DNA of 64,000 nucleotides from Tricharina praecox (Eukaryota): NCBI RefSeq assembly GCF_024521635.1, contig NW_026250414.1, positions 62,001 to 126,000 of the forward strand, read 5' to 3'. Shown piece by piece: positions 61,338 to 64,000 of this stretch (position 1 is its first letter; each line of letters starts with the position of its first letter). The notes under the pieces were generated by a model. It saw only the letters and a program-made list of their open reading frames with translations, ran no database searches and was not told where the DNA came from. The position numbers and the translations under genes were made by a program.

Positions 61338-63812
61338 TTACAGGAGATCGACCTTGGCGAGTACACTAGTATCGCCGCCGACCGCTAGTATCGCCGTCGT
61401 CGCAACCTCGCTCAGCTTCCGCCGCTTCTCCATCGCTTCGCGCTCTCGTCTTGCCTTGGTCTTGCTGCTGCCGCTAGGCGCCACGCCACTCAGTATTCGG
61501 CTCGCATCGTTTGGCGTAAAGTTGACGAAACTCCTCTCGCCCGACACATCGGTCGGAGGGAGCTGCGGCTGTTTCAACGAGGTGCGAATGGATGAGCTGC
61601 TGGTCTTGCGTGCTGATGGCGGTCGGGATGCCCGCGCCTTTGATTTAGACGTCTTTGTGGCGGCGAGGGCAGCTGTAGCAGCGGCAACGACGGCCGTGTC
61701 GTTGTGATTGTAGTTGTTAGCGTTAGATGTCGACGGTGGTCGAGAGGGGGGAGTTGGCGGAATTGAGGACTGGCGCTGGTGAAATTGGGGGTAAGTCAGC
61801 CACGGCTGCTGATTGTACCCAAAGTCGAACCGGAAGCCGGGGGATTCCGGCGGCGAAGGCGCTGCAGGCGACGACTTGAGGTGTTGCACGGTGCGCACGT
61901 ATTCCTCGCCAGGCGAGGGCGGCTGATGGGCATACACAATCGAGGATTGTCGGGTTTTGATGTATGGCTCCGCGGAGTCGCCGCGGCCAAACGATGAAGC
62001 TGCCGGCGTGTGTGGCGTCGCACTATATTGCGATGCAAGGACGTGAGTGGAGGAGGCTTGCTCATGTCGTGCCCATTCTTCGGCGCTAGCTTCCACCCTC
62101 GCTTTGTGTTCCTCTTCTGCCGTTGCAGCTGCAGTTGCGGCACCCCACCAATGCGCCGCTACTACCGCCTCCGCCGCAACGGTGTCGGTGGTCGAAAGCG
62201 CGGGGGCCACTTCGGCGATGCCATGTTCGGGAGGGAACGCTTGCGCCCATGCCGCCGCTCGGTGGTGATCGTACTCGTCGACGGGGTGCGAGAAGGAAGA
62301 GTGCCGCGACTGTTGGACGAAGACGGCCTCGGTTGGGTCGCTGCTCCGTCGAACGGCGTACTGCTCAGCAGTGTTGGCCTCGGTGGAGGTTTCGTGGATC
62401 GTATTGCTGTGGAGGGATGAGGACATGCTGTGTGATCTCGATGCGATTCCCGTGTTGAAGGCATATTGCGTGTGCAGGCCGTCGGCAGATAAACCATCGT
62501 TCATATAGTGGTGCGGGTTGTTGTTGTCGTTATTGCCGTTGTCGTGGTGCTGGTGCTGGTGGTTGTGGTGGTGCGCCCCCGCACCGTTGCTACCACAATA
62601 CCGGGGAGTATTGGAGGTGGCGGTGGTGACAATCATGTGAGAGAGATCGTTGTTCTGGGTCGTGCCAGCTTCGCGAATGATTTCTTCCAGCTCGCCTGGT
62701 GTCAAGGAAGACTCGGAGAGTAGACGATGCTGGGACGCACGGTGGTGACAGTCTTCCATGCTTTTGAACGGCCGCAGCTCGTTGACGAGAGATCGACGCA
62801 CCGAAGAGAGATCCCGGCTTTGTCGACGGTGGACTCGTTTCTGGACGGTGATGGCTAAGGGATCACGGTGAAAGGGGGTTGCTTTTGGTTTCGTCGTGAT
62901 GGCGGTTGAAGATGATTCAAGGTAGTAGTCTATTGGGGGTGAGGGTGGAATTCTCGAGGGGGTGGTGGGATTGGGAGTGGTGGTGGTAGTGGATCGAGTG
63001 GACGAAGGCACGGAGGCTAGTAGCGGCAGTGGGAAGTGTTTGGTGCCGTTGCGGCTACTATTGCTGATCGACTGCTGCTGCTGCTGCTGATAGCGGATGT
63101 GGATGTGCTGGTGCTGCTGGCGTCGATGCAGCTGGCGGTGGTGTGGTGCGGCGGCGGGCGTTGGGATGAGGGTACCGGGCTCAGTGGCACTACTGTAGAA
63201 TAATCCACGGTTCCCTTGGGTGGTAGTAGTGGTGGTAGCAGTGGTGTGCAGGAGGTGCGTGTGTCTGGGTCTCTTTGAATATCGGATTGGGTACTCTCTC
63301 TCTACTGACTGCTGATACTCATCGGCGGCGACGGACTGGTCCAACCGACCGTCCTTATAGCCTTCCTGTATCTGTGCTACCGAACCCATGCATTCAACAA
63401 CGGGCGACATTTTTACGACGGCTTCCTGATGGGGAGGGGACCAAGGCGATCCGCCTCGATACCGTGCATTGGGATCTTCGGCAAGGTTGAGGGAAAGATG
63501 AGCTGCAGGGCATGCTGGCGACGGAGGAGAGGAAGACGGAGAGGCAGGAGCAGGAGAAGGAGGAGAAGGAGGAGGGTGAGTAGGATATGGCGAAAGATTA
63601 ACGTTGGCGAGCAGAGACATCGAACGCGAAGGGGAAGAGGGCTGCGTAGCAAACGTATGCACGGGATTGGACGAGGACGAGGTTAGACTCATTGGACGCC
63701 CAGCCGCTGTGGCGCTTGACGTAACGTGCCCTCTGTGGGTACTGAAGCCATGCTGATTATTGCTGGTGGTGGTGGTGGTTGTGTTGGTGGTGGTGAAGGG
63801 TGTGGTGGCCAT
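61338..63812 (-). CDS. wetA: Developmental (sporulation) transcriptional regulator WetA
   Basis: C-terminal ESC1/WetA domain SFVNFTPNDASRILSGVAPSGSSKTKARREREAMEKRRKLSE..GGD after a long low-complexity N-terminus; start placed at the first in-frame ATG. Confidence 0.93.
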   Translation of the reverse strand: MATTPFTTTNTTTTTTSNNQHGFSTHRGHVTSSATAAGRPMSLTSSSSNPVHTFATQPSSPSRSMSLLANVNLSPYPTHPPPSPPSPAPASPSSSPPSPACPAAHLSLNLAEDPNARYRGGSPWSPPHQEAVVKMSPVVECMGSVAQIQEGYKDGRLDQSVAADEYQQSVEREYPIRYSKRPRHTHLLHTTATTTTTTQGNRGLFYSSATEPGTLIPTPAAAPHHRQLHRRQQHQHIHIRYQQQQQQSISNSSRNGTKHFPLPLLASVPSSTRSTTTTTPNPTTPSRIPPSPPIDYYLESSSTAITTKPKATPFHRDPLAITVQKRVHRRQSRDLSSVRRSLVNELRPFKSMEDCHHRASQHRLLSESSLTPGELEEIIREAGTTQNNDLSHMIVTTATSNTPRYCGSNGAGAHHHNHQHQHHDNGNNDNNNPHHYMNDGLSADGLHTQYAFNTGIASRSHSMSSSLHSNTIHETSTEANTAEQYAVRRSSDPTEAVFVQQSRHSSFSHPVDEYDHHRAAAWAQAFPPEHGIAEVAPALSTTDTVAAEAVVAAHWWGAATAAATAEEEHKARVEASAEEWARHEQASSTHVLASQYSATPHTPAASSFGRGDSAEPYIKTRQSSIVYAHQPPSPGEEYVRTVQHLKSSPAAPSPPESPGFRFDFGYNQQPWLTYPQFHQRQSSIPPTPPSRPPSTSNANNYNHNDTAVVAAATAALAATKTSKSKARASRPPSARKTSSSSIRTSLKQPQLPPTDVSGERSFVNFTPNDASRILSGVAPSGSSKTKARREREAMEKRRKLSEVATTAILAVGGDTSVLAKVDLL

Positions 63813-64000
63813 GGGAGAAAGCGGGAGGCGGGATTGCAGGTGCGGGCCTGGCAATCCTGATTTCAATCTGGAGGATCCAGAACTTGTACCCCCTTAGTCT
63901 GTATTAATCAGGCGTCGGTGGTCGTCGTCGAGCGTGGTACAAGTGTCGGACGGGATGATGACGAGAAGAAGGATCGATGTCTGGTTCTACGGCCACGGGA

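Noticed and set aside
1-64000. Intact transposon, Starship captain, rRNA or CRISPR array
   Set aside because: No transposase, reverse transcriptase, tyrosine recombinase, rRNA or repeat-spacer pattern was recognised.

Overview
Eukaryotic DNA from a filamentous ascomycete (Pezizomycotina), judged from short GT-AG introns with CTRAC/CTAAY branch sites, intron-containing fungal tRNAs and a wetA gene. Recognisable genes: a beta-lactamase-fold serine hydrolase, a HAD hydrolase, a tail-anchored FHA protein, a sterol glucosyltransferase-like GT1, an AAL-type fucose lectin (damaged as read), a Gre2-like reductase, a ~7.2 kb membrane ankyrin-repeat gene (2 frameshifts and 2 in-frame TAGs as read), a GH17 glucanase, a very compact USP-like protease and wetA. 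There are seven intact tRNA genes (Asp, 3x iMet, 3x Ala-CGC) and one tRNA pseudogene. The most notable observations are: (i) a small stand-alone R-S-QxE ADP-ribosyltransferase-like gene between a tRNA-Asp and its decayed copy; (ii) 72-aa ankyrin repeats carrying beta-rich inserts; (iii) a USP apparently lacking the fingers subdomain, with a repeat-rich ORF continuing in frame past a TAG; (iv) repeated in-frame TAG interruptions, which could be pseudogenisation or editing/readthrough. All calls come from reading motifs by eye; no searches were run and exon boundaries are inferred.
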